The notes beneath the pieces are model-generated. The model searched no databases. It was not told the DNA's origin and saw only the letters and a program-made list of their open reading frames with translations. This document shows positions 31,370 to 42,587 of a DNA stretch of 64,000 bases, one piece after another (within the stretch, counting starts at the first letter, position 1; every line of letters starts with the position of its first letter). The position numbers were made by a program, and so were the translations under genes. This DNA comes from Bacillota bacterium (lineage in GTDB: Bacteria; Bacillota; Sulfobacillia; Fermentithermobacillales; Fermentithermobacillaceae), in NCBI GenBank assembly GCA_040766225.1, contig JAXGQX010000002.1, forward strand, positions 8,790-72,789, read 5' to 3'.

Positions 31370-33731
31370 GACGCTGGAACTCCTAGAATTCAGGAAGGTC
31401 CAAGAGATGCTGGCTAAAGAAGCCGGCACTTCTTTGGGTAGGGCTAGGGCCTTTGAGTTGGTCCCGGCTACGCCCGCGGAAGCTCGGGCATCCCAACGGT
31501 TGGGGCGCGAGATTATGTCCCTTCTGGGGCGCCTCACAGCCCCGGGCCTATACGCCGTCACAGACGTTAGGCCCAAGATCCTTTCCGCCCGCCAGGGAGT
31601 TGTCTTGTCTCCCGCGGACCTAAAGAAGGTCCTAGACGCGCTCCTGGCCATGGATTCTTTGTCCCGCTGGCTGGACCAGACCGATGGCGAGTACCCGGCA
31701 TTGGCCTCGGTGAAAGCCAGGATCCCCAAGATTCCCGGGCTTAGAGCCCGTCTCGATTCGACTGTTGACGAAAACGGGGAAATACGGGATTCGGCCAGCC
31801 CCAAACTGAACTCCATCAGGCGGTCCCACCGCGAGTTTCAGGAGAGGCTCCGGCGGAGGGCCGAGGAGATCAGCCGGCACGGCCACGTATCCCAGTACCT
31901 TCAGGAGCCAATAGTCTCCATGAGGAACGGGCGGTATGTTTTGCCTGTTAAGCAGGAGCACGCTTCAAAGATACAGGGACTCATCCACGACCAGTCCGCC
32001 TCGGGACAGACCGTGTTCCTGGAGCCTACCGAGCTCTTGGAGATGGGCAACCAGCTGAGGCGCCTGGAACTTATGGAGCGCGACGAGATCGAGCGCATCC
32101 TCATGGAGGTCTCCGCCCTCATAGGTGAGTCCGCTTCCTTCTTGGTCTTGGGCATAGAGGCTTTAGCCGACTTCGATCTCGGCTTGGCCAAAGCCAGGCT
32201 TGCCATCAGGTGGAAGGGCGAGTTTCCCAAGTTGGTGGACGAGCACTTAATCTTGCTTTCCAAGGCATGGCATCCTTTGCTCACAGGGAAGCCCGTGCCT
32301 TTGGACATTGAAATCAACGAGAAGGGATTTCGGACAGTCGTAATAACAGGTCCAAATATGGGCGGCAAGACAGTCGCTCTGAAGACGTGCGGACTCCTGT
32401 CGGCCATGGCGCTATCGGGGATGCCATGTCCTTGCGGGCCCGAAACGACCATCGGAGACATCTCCGACGTCCTCTCGGATATCGGCGATGAGCAGTCCAT
32501 CGAGGAGAACCTGAGCACCTTCTCGGCTCACGTATCCAACGTGATCAAGATTCTGCGTCAAGCGGGACCCGGCAAGCTGGTCCTCATAGATGAGTTGGGA
32601 GCAGGCACCGATCCGAAGGAAGGTGCGGCCTTGGCCCTTGCCATCTTGAAGCGTTTGAACTCGTCGGGGGCACTGTGCCTGATAACCAGCCACTTCAGCG
32701 AGCTCAAGCTGGCGGCCCAGACGCACCCGGGCATGCAGAATGCCTCCATGGAATGGGACGCGGTCAACATGGCCCCTACCTATAGGCTCCTTACAGGTAG
32801 GCCCGGACGCTCCAACGCCTTCGTGGTGGCCGCCAAACTTGGCATGGACAAGGATATTTTGGACGAAGCTAGGGGCAGCATGAACGAAGAACTCGTCCAG
32901 ATGGAGGACATAATCGCCGACCTGGAGGTCTCGTCTCAGGAGGCCCGTGAGCAAGCCGCTATAGCCAAACGAGACAGGGAGCTGGCCGAAGCTTTCCGCA
33001 GGGAGTACGAGAGGAAACTGGAAGAACTCGAAAGGTCACGGCGCGAGGCGATAAACGCGGCCAAACACGAAGCCGCCCTGATCGTTAGTAGGGCAAGAGT
33101 CGAGTTCGAGAAGACGGTGAAGGAGCTCCGCGAGAAGGAGAAGCAGGGACAAAGAGCCACTCCCGCTGACATAGCTGCGTTTAGAGAGAGACTGAACGAG
33201 GCCAGAGAGCGATTCGTGCCAGAGGAATCGGCTCCTGTCGAGGGCGCACCGCTGGACCCGGAAGATGTGGAAGTGGGGAAGGCCGTGGCGGTCTCGGGTT
33301 TCCAAGAGATAGGCATCGTCCTTAGCGCGCCGGCGGCGGATGGAACCGTCCAAGTGAGGATCGGCTCCTTTACCTTGCGCGCGTCTCTCAAGGACCTGAG
33401 AACGGCCACTCTGGTTCCAGAAGATAAAGGCAGCAAAGTACGCCCGAAGATGGAGCAAAGCATCTCAGTGGAGAAAGCGAAAAACGTCTCTTACGAAGTG
33501 GACCTTCGGGGGATGACCTCTGACGAAGCCTTCGCGGTTTTGGACAAGTATTTGGACGACGCGGCGCTGGCAGGACTTTCAGAAGTGCGGATAATCCACG
33601 GGAAAGGGACAGGCGCCCTAAGGAGAGCGGTAGCCGGGTACTTGTCGTCCCACCGCTTGGTGAGTGAGCACAGGCTGGGGGAGACAGGAGAAGGCGGGTC
33701 GGGTGTTACCGTTGCCCGCCTTGTCGTGTAG
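31359..33731 (+). CDS. mutS2: Endonuclease MutS2 (MutS ATPase plus C-terminal Smr domain)
   Basis: Walker A GPNMGGKT; Smr domain DLRGMTSDEAFAVLDKYLDDA...IIHGKGTG. Confidence 0.95.
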   Translation: MDHKTLELLEFRKVQEMLAKEAGTSLGRARAFELVPATPAEARASQRLGREIMSLLGRLTAPGLYAVTDVRPKILSARQGVVLSPADLKKVLDALLAMDSLSRWLDQTDGEYPALASVKARIPKIPGLRARLDSTVDENGEIRDSASPKLNSIRRSHREFQERLRRRAEEISRHGHVSQYLQEPIVSMRNGRYVLPVKQEHASKIQGLIHDQSASGQTVFLEPTELLEMGNQLRRLELMERDEIERILMEVSALIGESASFLVLGIEALADFDLGLAKARLAIRWKGEFPKLVDEHLILLSKAWHPLLTGKPVPLDIEINEKGFRTVVITGPNMGGKTVALKTCGLLSAMALSGMPCPCGPETTIGDISDVLSDIGDEQSIEENLSTFSAHVSNVIKILRQAGPGKLVLIDELGAGTDPKEGAALALAILKRLNSSGALCLITSHFSELKLAAQTHPGMQNASMEWDAVNMAPTYRLLTGRPGRSNAFVVAAKLGMDKDILDEARGSMNEELVQMEDIIADLEVSSQEAREQAAIAKRDRELAEAFRREYERKLEELERSRREAINAAKHEAALIVSRARVEFEKTVKELREKEKQGQRATPADIAAFRERLNEARERFVPEESAPVEGAPLDPEDVEVGKAVAVSGFQEIGIVLSAPAADGTVQVRIGSFTLRASLKDLRTATLVPEDKGSKVRPKMEQSISVEKAKNVSYEVDLRGMTSDEAFAVLDKYLDDAALAGLSEVRIIHGKGTGALRRAVAGYLSSHRLVSEHRLGETGEGGSGVTVARLVV

Positions 33732-33833
33732 TCCTGTGATGTGACCCTTGTGCCACGTGACCCTCATACGTAACGCGTATGCGACTGTAATTGGCGGCCG
33801 GTCCCGTCCGCTTTTCTTTCAGCGTCCCCGCGG

Positions 33834-36063
33834 TTAGGGAGTGCGCGGAGGGTTCTGTCCGCCAGGATTCTGTCCGCCAGGATTCTGTCCGCCAGGATTC
33901 TGTCCGCCAGGATTCTGTCCGCCAGGATTCTGCCCGCCAGGATTTCGCCCTCCCGGATTCTGTCCTCCGGGGTTCCATTCACCGGGCTCCAACCCCGGGA
34001 TCTCGATGGGGAACTCCATATCCGGGAACTGCGGCACGTGATAAGTGCACATGGAACTGGGCTGCCTCTCTTTGACGAACATCTCTTCCACGATTTCTTC
34101 CGGTGGGCAGAGCGGGCCAGGAAGCAAGCCCGACTTCTCACAGATCATGCTCGTTACGATGGTGCTAGGTTTGACGAAATCCTCGGGCGCGTGCTTAGCC
34201 GTGATAGTCGTCATCATTTCCTTCCAAATCCTCGCAGGGTAGGTTCCGCCTGTGATCTTCCATTGCTCCATGGTCTTCTCTTGGTCGAAGCCCATCCAGA
34301 CCACTCCGACGGTGTTGGGGGTGTAGCCGCAGAACCACGCGTCTTTCCAGTCGGAGGTGGTCCCCGTCTTTCCGGCGCACGGTATGCCGATGTCAGCTGC
34401 CCGCCCGGTTCCGTACTGCTCCTTAACGGCGCCTTGAGCATGCTTGTCATGAGATAGGCCGACTCTTCCGAGATAACCAGTTCTCTCTTGGGAACATGTT
34501 CCTCAAGCACGTTGCCGTTCTTGTCTTCTACCCGAATGATGCTTATGGGCTCAACTTTGATGCCCCTGTTGGCGAGAACGCCGAAGGCACCGTCATGTCC
34601 AAGGGCGACGCGCCGTAAGTGAGGCCGCCCAGCGCCAAAGATCTGGTGAGATCCGACCGCCCATCCGGCGTGTGACCCTTGACCAGCGAAGTGATACCTA
34701 GTCTTTCAGCCATTTCTAGGCTCTTGGGCAGGCCGATGATGTCTTGGACCTTGGCCGCCACGACGTTCAGGGATTCCCTGACGGCAAGCCGCATCGTTAC
34801 TAGGCCTTGGAACGAATAGGTGTAGTTTCTCGGAGAGAACGCCTCTTTGGTTATCGGGTCTACCCAGGTAACCGGCGCATCGTCTATGACCGTGGCCGGT
34901 CCCATTCCTTCCTCAAGAGCCGCGACGTACACCGCCAGCGGCTTGAACGATGAGCCGGGCTGCCTCTTGGCGTCGATCGCCCTGTTCCACCCGAGAGCAC
35001 CTTCCCGGTTCCGCCCGCCCACGATGGCCAATAGATGCCCCGTCTTGGCGTCCATAACGATGGAGGCCGCCTGAATGCTGTCGGTTCCCTCGTAAGGGAA
35101 CTCCTTGTCCAATACGGTGGCTATGGCTTTCTCGGCGGCTTCCTGGTCCGCCGGACTATAGGCGGTGTAGATCTTCATGCCGCCTCCGTATACCATCTCC
35201 GCGGGATACCTGGACAAGAGCTGTTTCAGTACGTAGTCCAGGTAATAACCGCCGGTGGAAACGACCTCCTGCCCGCCGGACTTGGCGTTTATGGGCGTCT
35301 TCTTGTACTCCTCGCATTCGGCTAAGGTAATGTAGCCGTACTCCGCCATTTGCTCCAAGACGGTGTTCCGCCTGGCCAAAGCGTTGTCCGGATGATCTGT
35401 CGGGTCGTAGTAGGAGGGTCCTTTCAGGAGTCCCGCCATCATAGCGGCTTCCGGGACGGTCAGTTCGGAAGCCGGCTTGCCGAAGAACGTCCTTGCTCCC
35501 GCTTCGATCCCGTAGGCGCCGCGACCGAACGGAACCTGGTTCATGTACATTTCCAGGATTTCGTTCTTCGTGTACTTCCTTTCAAGCATTATCGCGGCGG
35601 TAGCGTCCTGGACTTTTCTCTTGTAACTTTGAGCGTCGGTGAGGAATGCCTTCTTGGCTAGCTGCTGCGTGATGGTGCTTCCACCTTGAGGGGTGGAGCT
35701 GTCTCCGGTCAAGTTGACGACGAACGCCCGAATGATTGCCCTTAGGTCGACGCCGATATGGTCGTAGAAGCGGCAGTCCTCGGCGGCCAGAATAGCGTCC
35801 TTGACATGTTGGGGCAACTCATCGACGTCGATTAGCACCCTGTTCTCGGTGGAATGGAGTTCGGTCCAGACCCGCCCATCCTTGTCGTAGACAAACGAGG
35901 TCTGGCTCGGTTTCGGCTCCAGGTCAGCCAATGCGGGAAGCACTTCCTTGATGGCGGAAAACACAAAGGCCGCGGTGATCCCTCCGGTAATCAGGATTCC
36001 CGCGAGCAGAACGTACAGGATGATGTGAAAGACGTTGACCCGTCTGGTTTTCGTCTTGGCCAT
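33834..36063 (-). CDS. Class A penicillin-binding protein (PBP1A: transglycosylase plus transpeptidase) with a C-terminal (NPGGQ)x8 repeat tail; one frameshift around 34300-34540
   Basis: GT51 motifs (EDxRFYxH-like AAEDCRFYDHIGVD); TP motifs SSFKP and KTG. The C-terminal piece (ORF 33834-34304) ends in NPGGQ repeats encoded by 15-bp DNA repeats at 33851-33985. Confidence 0.85.
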
Positions 36064-36207
36064 ACTCTCATACCCCCAGGGACAGGACTCAAAATGGCAG
36101 CATAGCTACCGTTTTCGTGTTCGAACTGCATTGATCATCGGTCCCATCATTATACCATCTATAGGACGACCATAGCCCAACCCAAGGTTCCCGACGGAAA
36201 GCCAGTC

Positions 36208-36238
36208 TTTGGAGCAAACCAAACCCGGTGATATAATC
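36208..36238 (+). promoter_or_regulatory. Sigma-A-type promoter for tyrS (TTGGAG-N17-TGaTATAAT)
   Basis: -35 element at 36209-36214; extended -10 element at 36229-36237. Confidence 0.45.
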
Positions 36239-36269
36239 TTTGGCAAAGAAAAGTAGGGGAAATCGGGCG

Positions 36270-37518
36270 TGGAACATCACATGGATAAGGGCGTGTCCGC
36301 GAGGTAGAAAGGCAGGTCCAGGTAATCGCGGACCGTGCCGCGGACGTAGTCACTCTCGACGAACTGAGGCAGAAGATTTCCCGCTCTATAGCCTCCAAGA
36401 AACCTCTCATAGTAAAACTCGGCGTGGATCCGAGCGCTCCCGACCTTCATCTTGGGCACGTCGTGGTCATGAAGAAACTAAGGGAGTTTCAGGACCTAGG
36501 TCACGAAATCTACTTCATCATAGGCGACTTCACAGCCATGATCGGAGACCCGAGCGGGAAGTCCCAGACTAGGCCGCAGCTTAGCAGGGAAGAGGTCCAA
36601 GTCAACGCCGAAACCTATAGGGAGCAGGCTACGGTCATTCTTGATTCCGAAAAGACCCATACGGTGTTCAACTCATCATGGCTATCTCCCATGTCTTTCG
36701 TGGACGTGGTGCGACTGGGATCCCGGTTCACCGTCGCGAGAATGCTTGAGCGAGATGACTTCAAGAACAGGTACTCCAAGGGGCTTCCCATCAGCGTGCA
36801 CGAGTTCCTGTATCCTTTGGCTCAAGCTTACGATTCCGTGGCGATAGAGGCGGACGTAGAGATGGGCGGCACCGACCAGACTTTCAACCTCCTGGTAGGC
36901 CGGACCATACAGAAGGAGTACGGGCAGGAGTCCCAAGTGGCTCTGACCATGCCGATATTGGTCGGACTGGACGGCGTGGACAAGATGAGCAAGAGCTTGG
37001 GCAACTACATAGGCGTGAAAGAACCTCCCAATGATATGTTCGGCAAGGTGATGTCCATCCCCGATTCGGTCATGGGCTCATACTTCAGGCTGGTCCTTCT
37101 GGATACCGCGGAGTCTGTGAAGAAGATGACCCAGGATATCCAAGAGGGAAGGCTGCACCCCATGGACGTTAAGATGGATTTGGGGTCAAGGCTGGTTAAG
37201 GAGTTCCACGGACAGACCGCCGCAGAGGAAGCCAAGACCGAGTTCCTCCGGGTCTTCCGTGAGCGCGAACTTCCCACCGAGATAGACGAGGTACGTCTCG
37301 CCGACGTGAAACCGGGCGATACGGTGGGTTTGGCGTCCCTCGTCGCTAAGGCCGGCCTTGCCTCGTCCTCGTCTGAGGCCAGGAGGCTCATCAAGAGCGG
37401 CGCGGTTAGAGTTGACGGGGTGAAGGTAGCGCTGGAGTCCGCTTCGTGCACCGTGAAGAGCGGGATGCTGTTGCAGGTCGGGAAGCGACGGGTCTGCCGG
37501 GTTTTGGCCGAGGGGTAA
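36270..37518 (+). CDS. tyrS: Tyrosyl-tRNA synthetase (short TyrZ-like type, C-terminal S4 domain); frameshift about 35 nt after the start
   Basis: LGVDPSAPDLHLGHVV (HIGH) and KMSKS in KMSKSLGNYIGV. N-terminal RQVQVIADRAADVVTLDEL is in a different frame from the start codon. Confidence 0.9.
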
Positions 37519-37531
37519 CCGCAAGCGTCTC

Positions 37532-38244
37532 TTGAACATCGGCGCTAGATCACGCATAAGAATGAGAAGCGTAAACCATCTGGGGGAGGGCTTCTCATTT
37601 TTCGTAAGAGGGCCTTTAAGCTGGGTAGATTTCGCGCGCGACCTCTCTTTTGGGTTGGCGGCGTCCTGTTGGTTTTGGTTTGGGCTTTTAACGCCATCGA
37701 AAAAGCTGCGGTGCCCACACTCATCGCTATCGCCGAAACCCAGATCACCAGGGTAGCCAACCGTGCCATGATCGACGCTATCAACGACGATATCTCGCGG
37801 CTCCTCGACGGCAAAGAGCTCCTTCACTTCGAGACGGGTCCCACAGGCGAACTTCTCTACGTGCGAACAAACGCGGGCGAACTTAACCGCATCCAAGCCG
37901 ATGCCTTGGCGGTACTCGAAGACGCCTTTCAGGAACTGGATGGTTTCACGGTCTCGGTGCCTTTGGGACAAGCGCTGGGGTCCGAGATGCTTGCGCCGTA
38001 CGGGCCCAAAATCAAGGTGAGGATGTATCCCTACGGTTCGGTGTCTGCGGAGGTACGAGACTCCTTCGACGTGACGGGCATCAACCAGACCCGTTACAAT
38101 CTGCGCTTGACAGTGACCTGCATGGTGAGGGTAGTGATCCCGCTAATCGCCGCAAGGGTAGAGGTGACGACAGAGGTACCTCTGGCGACGATACTGATAC
38201 CGGGCAAGGTGCCGAACACGTACCTCACGTTGCCTACGCCGTAA
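37532..38244 (+). CDS. yunB: Sporulation protein YunB, one frameshift
   Basis: GPKIKVRMYPYGSVSAEV...YNLRLTVTCMVRVVIPLIAARVEVTTEVPLATILIPGKVPNTY aligns to B. subtilis YunB. N-terminal TM piece in ORF 37532-37756. Confidence 0.65.
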
Positions 38245-38301
38245 AGACGGTGTTTCCGCGAGACTGGTATAATAAGTGAAACTGAGGGTGGGGGTATCTT
38301 C

Positions 38302-39030
38302 ATGGGCAGGAGCATCGAGGACAAGGCCGCCTACATAATCCAGTGGATGAGCGAAAGAGTAGAGGAAGCCGGCGCCAAAGGTGGCGTGTTTGGGGTGTCC
38401 GGAGGCATCGAGTCCGCGCTTGTCTTGGCTCTGGCCAAAAGGGCTTGGGGAGACAACTGCATGGGGCTGGTGCTTCCGTGCCACTCGCTTCCGGAAGACG
38501 TGGAGGACGCCCTTATGCTCCTAGACCTCTTCAACTGCGCTCACAAGACTATAGACTTGACAGGTCCCTACGATGCCATGGTAGAAGTGCTTAAGGGATT
38601 AGGGGAGCCCAGCGGTCTGGCGCTGGCGAACCTCAAGCCGCGCCTTAGAATGATTACTTTGTATTACCAGGCCGCTCTGTCCAACTACCTGGTCGTCGGG
38701 ACCGGAAATTACGACGAGTACTACATCGGGTACTTCACAAAGTATGGGGATGGAGGATCCGATATGGCCCCTCTCGCCCGCCTGACCAAGGGAGAAGTCC
38801 GGGAAATGGCCCGGTTCTTGGGGGTCCCCCAACGCATAGTGGATCGCGTCCCGTCAGCGGGGTTGTGGAGGGGACAGACAGACGAAGCCGAGATAGGCCT
38901 CACTTACCGCGAACTGGATGACTACCTCTTGGGGAAGGAAGTGTCCTTGGAAGTGAAGGCCTTAATTGAAAAGAAACACAAGTTGACGGAGCACAAGAGG
39001 AGAACCCCACCCATCCCAGACGAGATTTAG
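38302..39030 (+). CDS. nadE: NH3-dependent NAD+ synthetase
   Basis: PP-loop GVSGGIESALVLALA; overall NadE alignment. Confidence 0.9.
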   Translation: MGRSIEDKAAYIIQWMSERVEEAGAKGGVFGVSGGIESALVLALAKRAWGDNCMGLVLPCHSLPEDVEDALMLLDLFNCAHKTIDLTGPYDAMVEVLKGLGEPSGLALANLKPRLRMITLYYQAALSNYLVVGTGNYDEYYIGYFTKYGDGGSDMAPLARLTKGEVREMARFLGVPQRIVDRVPSAGLWRGQTDEAEIGLTYRELDDYLLGKEVSLEVKALIEKKHKLTEHKRRTPPIPDEI

Positions 39031-39047
39031 CCAGGGAGGTGTAACCC

Positions 39048-39797
39048 ATGTCAGGGCATTCAAAGTGGGCTACAATCAAAAGGCACAAGGCTAAAATGGA
39101 CGCCGCCCGTTCGGGAGTGATATCCAAAGCGCTCAGGGATATCACGTTGGCGGCCAGGCACGGAGGAGGAAACCCCGACGGCAACCTCAGGCTCAAGATA
39201 GCCATCGAGCGGGCCCGGAGCTCAAACGTGAGCGTAGACAGCATAAACAGGGCGATCAAGAGGGGGACCGGAGAGGGAGAAGGAGGTCCCATCGAGGAAC
39301 TGACCTATGAATGCTACGGACCGGGCGGAACGGCTCTTCTTGTCGAAGCGGCGACCGATAACCGTAACCGGACCGCGGGAGAAGTCCGTTACATTTTGTC
39401 GAAGCATGGCGGAAAACTGGCGGAAATGGGCGCTGTGGCGTGGATGTTCGACCAGAGGGGCCTCATTACCGTGGATAAGGAAGGCCTGTCAGAGGATGAC
39501 GCGCTGGCCATGGCCATCGACGCGGGAGCCGAAGATATGGAGACCGAGGACGATGTGTACGAGATCTACACCGCCCCGTCCGATGTCTTTGAAGTCAGCC
39601 AGCGCTTGGAGCGATCGGGAGCGAAGATCCAGAACGCGGAGCTAACCCAAGTCCCCAAGACAAGCGTATCTTTGGAGGGTGACGACGCGGGCAAGATGCT
39701 CCGCCTAATGGAGGCTTTGGAGGAGCACGATGACGTCTCCAAGGTGCATTCAAACTTTGATATCTCAGATGAGACTATGGCGGGTATGCCCGAATAA
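39048..39797 (+). CDS. yebC: YebC/PmpR-family transcriptional regulator
   Basis: MSGHSKWATIKRHKAKMDAARSG... canonical N-terminus. Confidence 0.9.
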   Translation: MSGHSKWATIKRHKAKMDAARSGVISKALRDITLAARHGGGNPDGNLRLKIAIERARSSNVSVDSINRAIKRGTGEGEGGPIEELTYECYGPGGTALLVEAATDNRNRTAGEVRYILSKHGGKLAEMGAVAWMFDQRGLITVDKEGLSEDDALAMAIDAGAEDMETEDDVYEIYTAPSDVFEVSQRLERSGAKIQNAELTQVPKTSVSLEGDDAGKMLRLMEALEEHDDVSKVHSNFDISDETMAGMPE

Positions 39798-39842
39798 CCA
39801 ATCTGCTCCAGGGGAAGAATATCCCTCCTGGAGTGAGGGATT

Positions 39843-40394
39843 GTGCGAAAACTTGTATCGTCCGCTTACGGAAAGGTCTTCTGGGCTCTATGCGTGTTTT
39901 GCGTGGCCATGGCCGCCCTGGTGCTAGGGAAGCTCTATTCCGGCGGCCGGTTCGGCGAGGGCCTGCCTTGGTTCAATCCAAAGACGGCGACCCACTCTCT
40001 GGTGACCTACCGTACCGAATACAAGTGCAAAGACGTGATCGTGAGTACGGTGGAGGTGCCGGAGGTGGGTCTGGACGCCTACTTGGCCGCGGTAAACCCT
40101 GAGTGGGGGAAGCCGGCGTCCGGTGTCACCGGGCATCAGTTCACGCGGCTTGACCCCGGTTACTGCCCCGACCACGCCCGGTTCCGGCTGATCTGCCTGT
40201 CCGGAGGTCATGTGGCCGTGTACCGGGGCAAGACGCCCGACCCGGCGTTCCTTGTAAAGGAGTACAAAGACCTCCCCGAATCATCGCTGCACCCCCGGGA
40301 CAGGGATGTCCTTAGGGAGGGGCTAGTCATCGAGGACGATCCTGACGAAGTTGACGCCTTGGTGGCGAAGCACCTGGAAGGCATCAAAGAATAA
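39843..40394 (+). CDS. Secreted protein, BofC-like by position (immediately upstream of ruv genes as bofC in B. subtilis)
   Basis: Signal peptide; about 180 aa; synteny only. Confidence 0.4.
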   Translation: MRKLVSSAYGKVFWALCVFCVAMAALVLGKLYSGGRFGEGLPWFNPKTATHSLVTYRTEYKCKDVIVSTVEVPEVGLDAYLAAVNPEWGKPASGVTGHQFTRLDPGYCPDHARFRLICLSGGHVAVYRGKTPDPAFLVKEYKDLPESSLHPRDRDVLREGLVIEDDPDEVDALVAKHLEGIKE

Positions 40395-40456
40395 CCGCGA
40401 CACTGCGAAGGTAGCCGGGGGATGCGCGTCGAAAACCCCGTCATGGGGGTATTTTC

Positions 40457-40984
40457 GTGCGCATCTTAGGTATTGACCCGGGCATCGAGAGGACCGGATG
40501 GGGTGTCGTCGATACCACCGGTCGCGACTTTACGGCTGTCGACTACGGGTGCATCGTTACGTCCAAGAACCTCACCTTGTCACAGAGGCTTCTTGAAATA
40601 CATAAGGCCGTGACGTCGATAATGGACAAGTACCTGCCGGAAGTCCTCGCTGTGGAACAAGTCTTTTTCGCCAAGAACGCCAAGTCCGCCATAGACGTCG
40701 GCCATGCGAGAGGCGTCTTATTGCTATCCGCGGCGTCTAGAGGCATGCCGGTGGAGGAAGTTACGCCCTGCAAGTCAAGTCCTTGGTGGTAGGCTACGGG
40801 AACGCGACCAAAGACCAGGTCGGCAAGATGGTATCAAGCCTATTGGGGCTTTCTAGAATCCCCCGGCCAGACGATGTGCGACGCCCTTGGAGTGGCGGTG
40901 ACAGCGGCGTCCAAGCGATCGTTCAGCGCCAGGCTGGTCGGCTCCAAAAGGGACGAGCGACCGGGAAGGGAGACATCCAAATGA
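40457..40984 (+). CDS. ruvC: Holliday junction resolvase RuvC, one frameshift near 40790
   Basis: [19 protein letters not shown]...[24 protein letters not shown]; C-terminal YGNATKDQV...[17 protein letters not shown] in the adjacent frame. Confidence 0.8.
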
Positions 40985-41550
40985 TATCCGAACTAAGGGG
41001 GACCGTGTCCGGGATTGCCGCGGACTCGGTCACTCTGGACATACACGGGGTCGGGCTTCAGGTCTACGTCACTCCGGGCCTCTTGGGAGGTCTCTCCGAG
41101 GGGATGGAGGTCCACCTTTTTACGCGCCTCATGGTCAAAGAGGACGGGTGGAACCTCTACGGTTTTCGCCTCCACGAGGAACGGGCATGTTTTGAACTGC
41201 TCTTGAACGTCAAGGGTATCGTAAGCTCGCTTTGGGGATCATGTCCAGGATTAAGCCGGAGGACTTCTATAGGGCCGTCCTCCACCAGGATGAGCGGGCG
41301 CTAATAGGGCTTCCGGGTGTCGGCAGAAAAACGGCGGCCAGAATCATAGGAGCTTCGCGACCGCATCGGTCTAGGTGTGACCAAAGAAAAGGGACAAGCC
41401 CTGCGGCAGATCCGGCGACAGAGGCCGGCGAAGCCCTGCGGGCCCTGGGTATTCCTGGCAGGAAGCGCGGGACGCTGTAGAGAAAGCCATGGAAGAGCAT
41501 TCGGGCTGTGATCTTGAGACCTTGCTCCGGAAGCTTCCGAGACGACTTGC
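40981..41550 (+). CDS. ruvA: Holliday junction branch migration protein RuvA, frameshifted
   Basis: [30 protein letters not shown]...[21 protein letters not shown]. Middle piece [16 protein letters not shown] and domain [19 protein letters not shown] lie in other frames. Confidence 0.8.
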
Positions 41551-41554
41551 CAGA

Positions 41555-42587
41555 ACCTAGAGATTTGATATCCAAAGTACGCCAAGTAGAGGACGAACTG
41601 GTCGAGGAGACCTTATTGCAAATACCTGCCCGACTACATAGGCCAGGAACGGATCAAGGAAAATCTTCGGTTAGCATCGAAGCCGCGAGGCAAGAGATGA
41701 GGCTTTGACCACATCCTTCTCTCCAGCCCGCCGGGGTTAGGCAAGACCACTTTGGCCCACGTCATAGCCAACGAGATAGGGGTGGGCATACGGGTTACCG
41801 TCCGGGCCGGCCATCGAGCGTGCCGGAGACCTGTGGCCATCCTGACCAACCTGGAGGACCGGGACGTTCTGTTCATTGACGAAATCCACCGGCTGAACCA
41901 TCAGCGAGGAAGCCTTGTATCCCGCCATGGAGGACTTCAGCTTCGACTGGATCGCCGGTAAGGGCCCTCAAGCCAGGACCTACCGGATAAAGCTGCCCAA
42001 GTTCACTCTGATCGCCGCCACTACCAGGAGCGGACTACTGACGTCACCGCTTCGGGACCGTTTCTGGTATCGCGTTCCGGCTGGAGTACTATGATCATCA
42101 AGAATTGTGCCAGGTGATTAAGAGGTCGGCCCGCATCTTGGACATCTCAATCGATTCCGGCGGGGCAGAGGAGGTCGCCAGACGGGCAAGGGGACTCCAG
42201 GATCGCCAACAGACTTCTGCGAAGGGTCCGAGATTTTGCCCAGGTGCGAGCGGACGGAGAGATCACGCTGGAAGTGGCCAAAGAAGCGTTATCTCTTTTG
42301 ACGTGGACGAAATGGGCTTGGACAACCCCAGACAGGCAACTCTTGTCCGCGGTTGTCGGCAAGTACGGCGGCGGACCGGTCGGGATTGGCTCATTGGCCG
42401 CTTGCTTAAGCGAAGATCCCGGGACCATAGAAGACGTGTATGAACCGTATCTTCTCCAGATAGGCTTCTTGGAGAGGACTCAGCGGGGCAGAAGCGCCAC
42501 GCCCCGGGGATCGAGTATGTCCAGAGGGGAAGCGCGACCGGACAGGCGACGAGAACCCAACAGGGGAGGCTGTTTGATCGACCTTGA
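41555..42587 (+). CDS. ruvB: Holliday junction ATPase RuvB, heavily frameshifted (at least 5 indels)
   Basis: [76 protein letters not shown] and [33 protein letters not shown] spread over all three frames. Confidence 0.8.
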
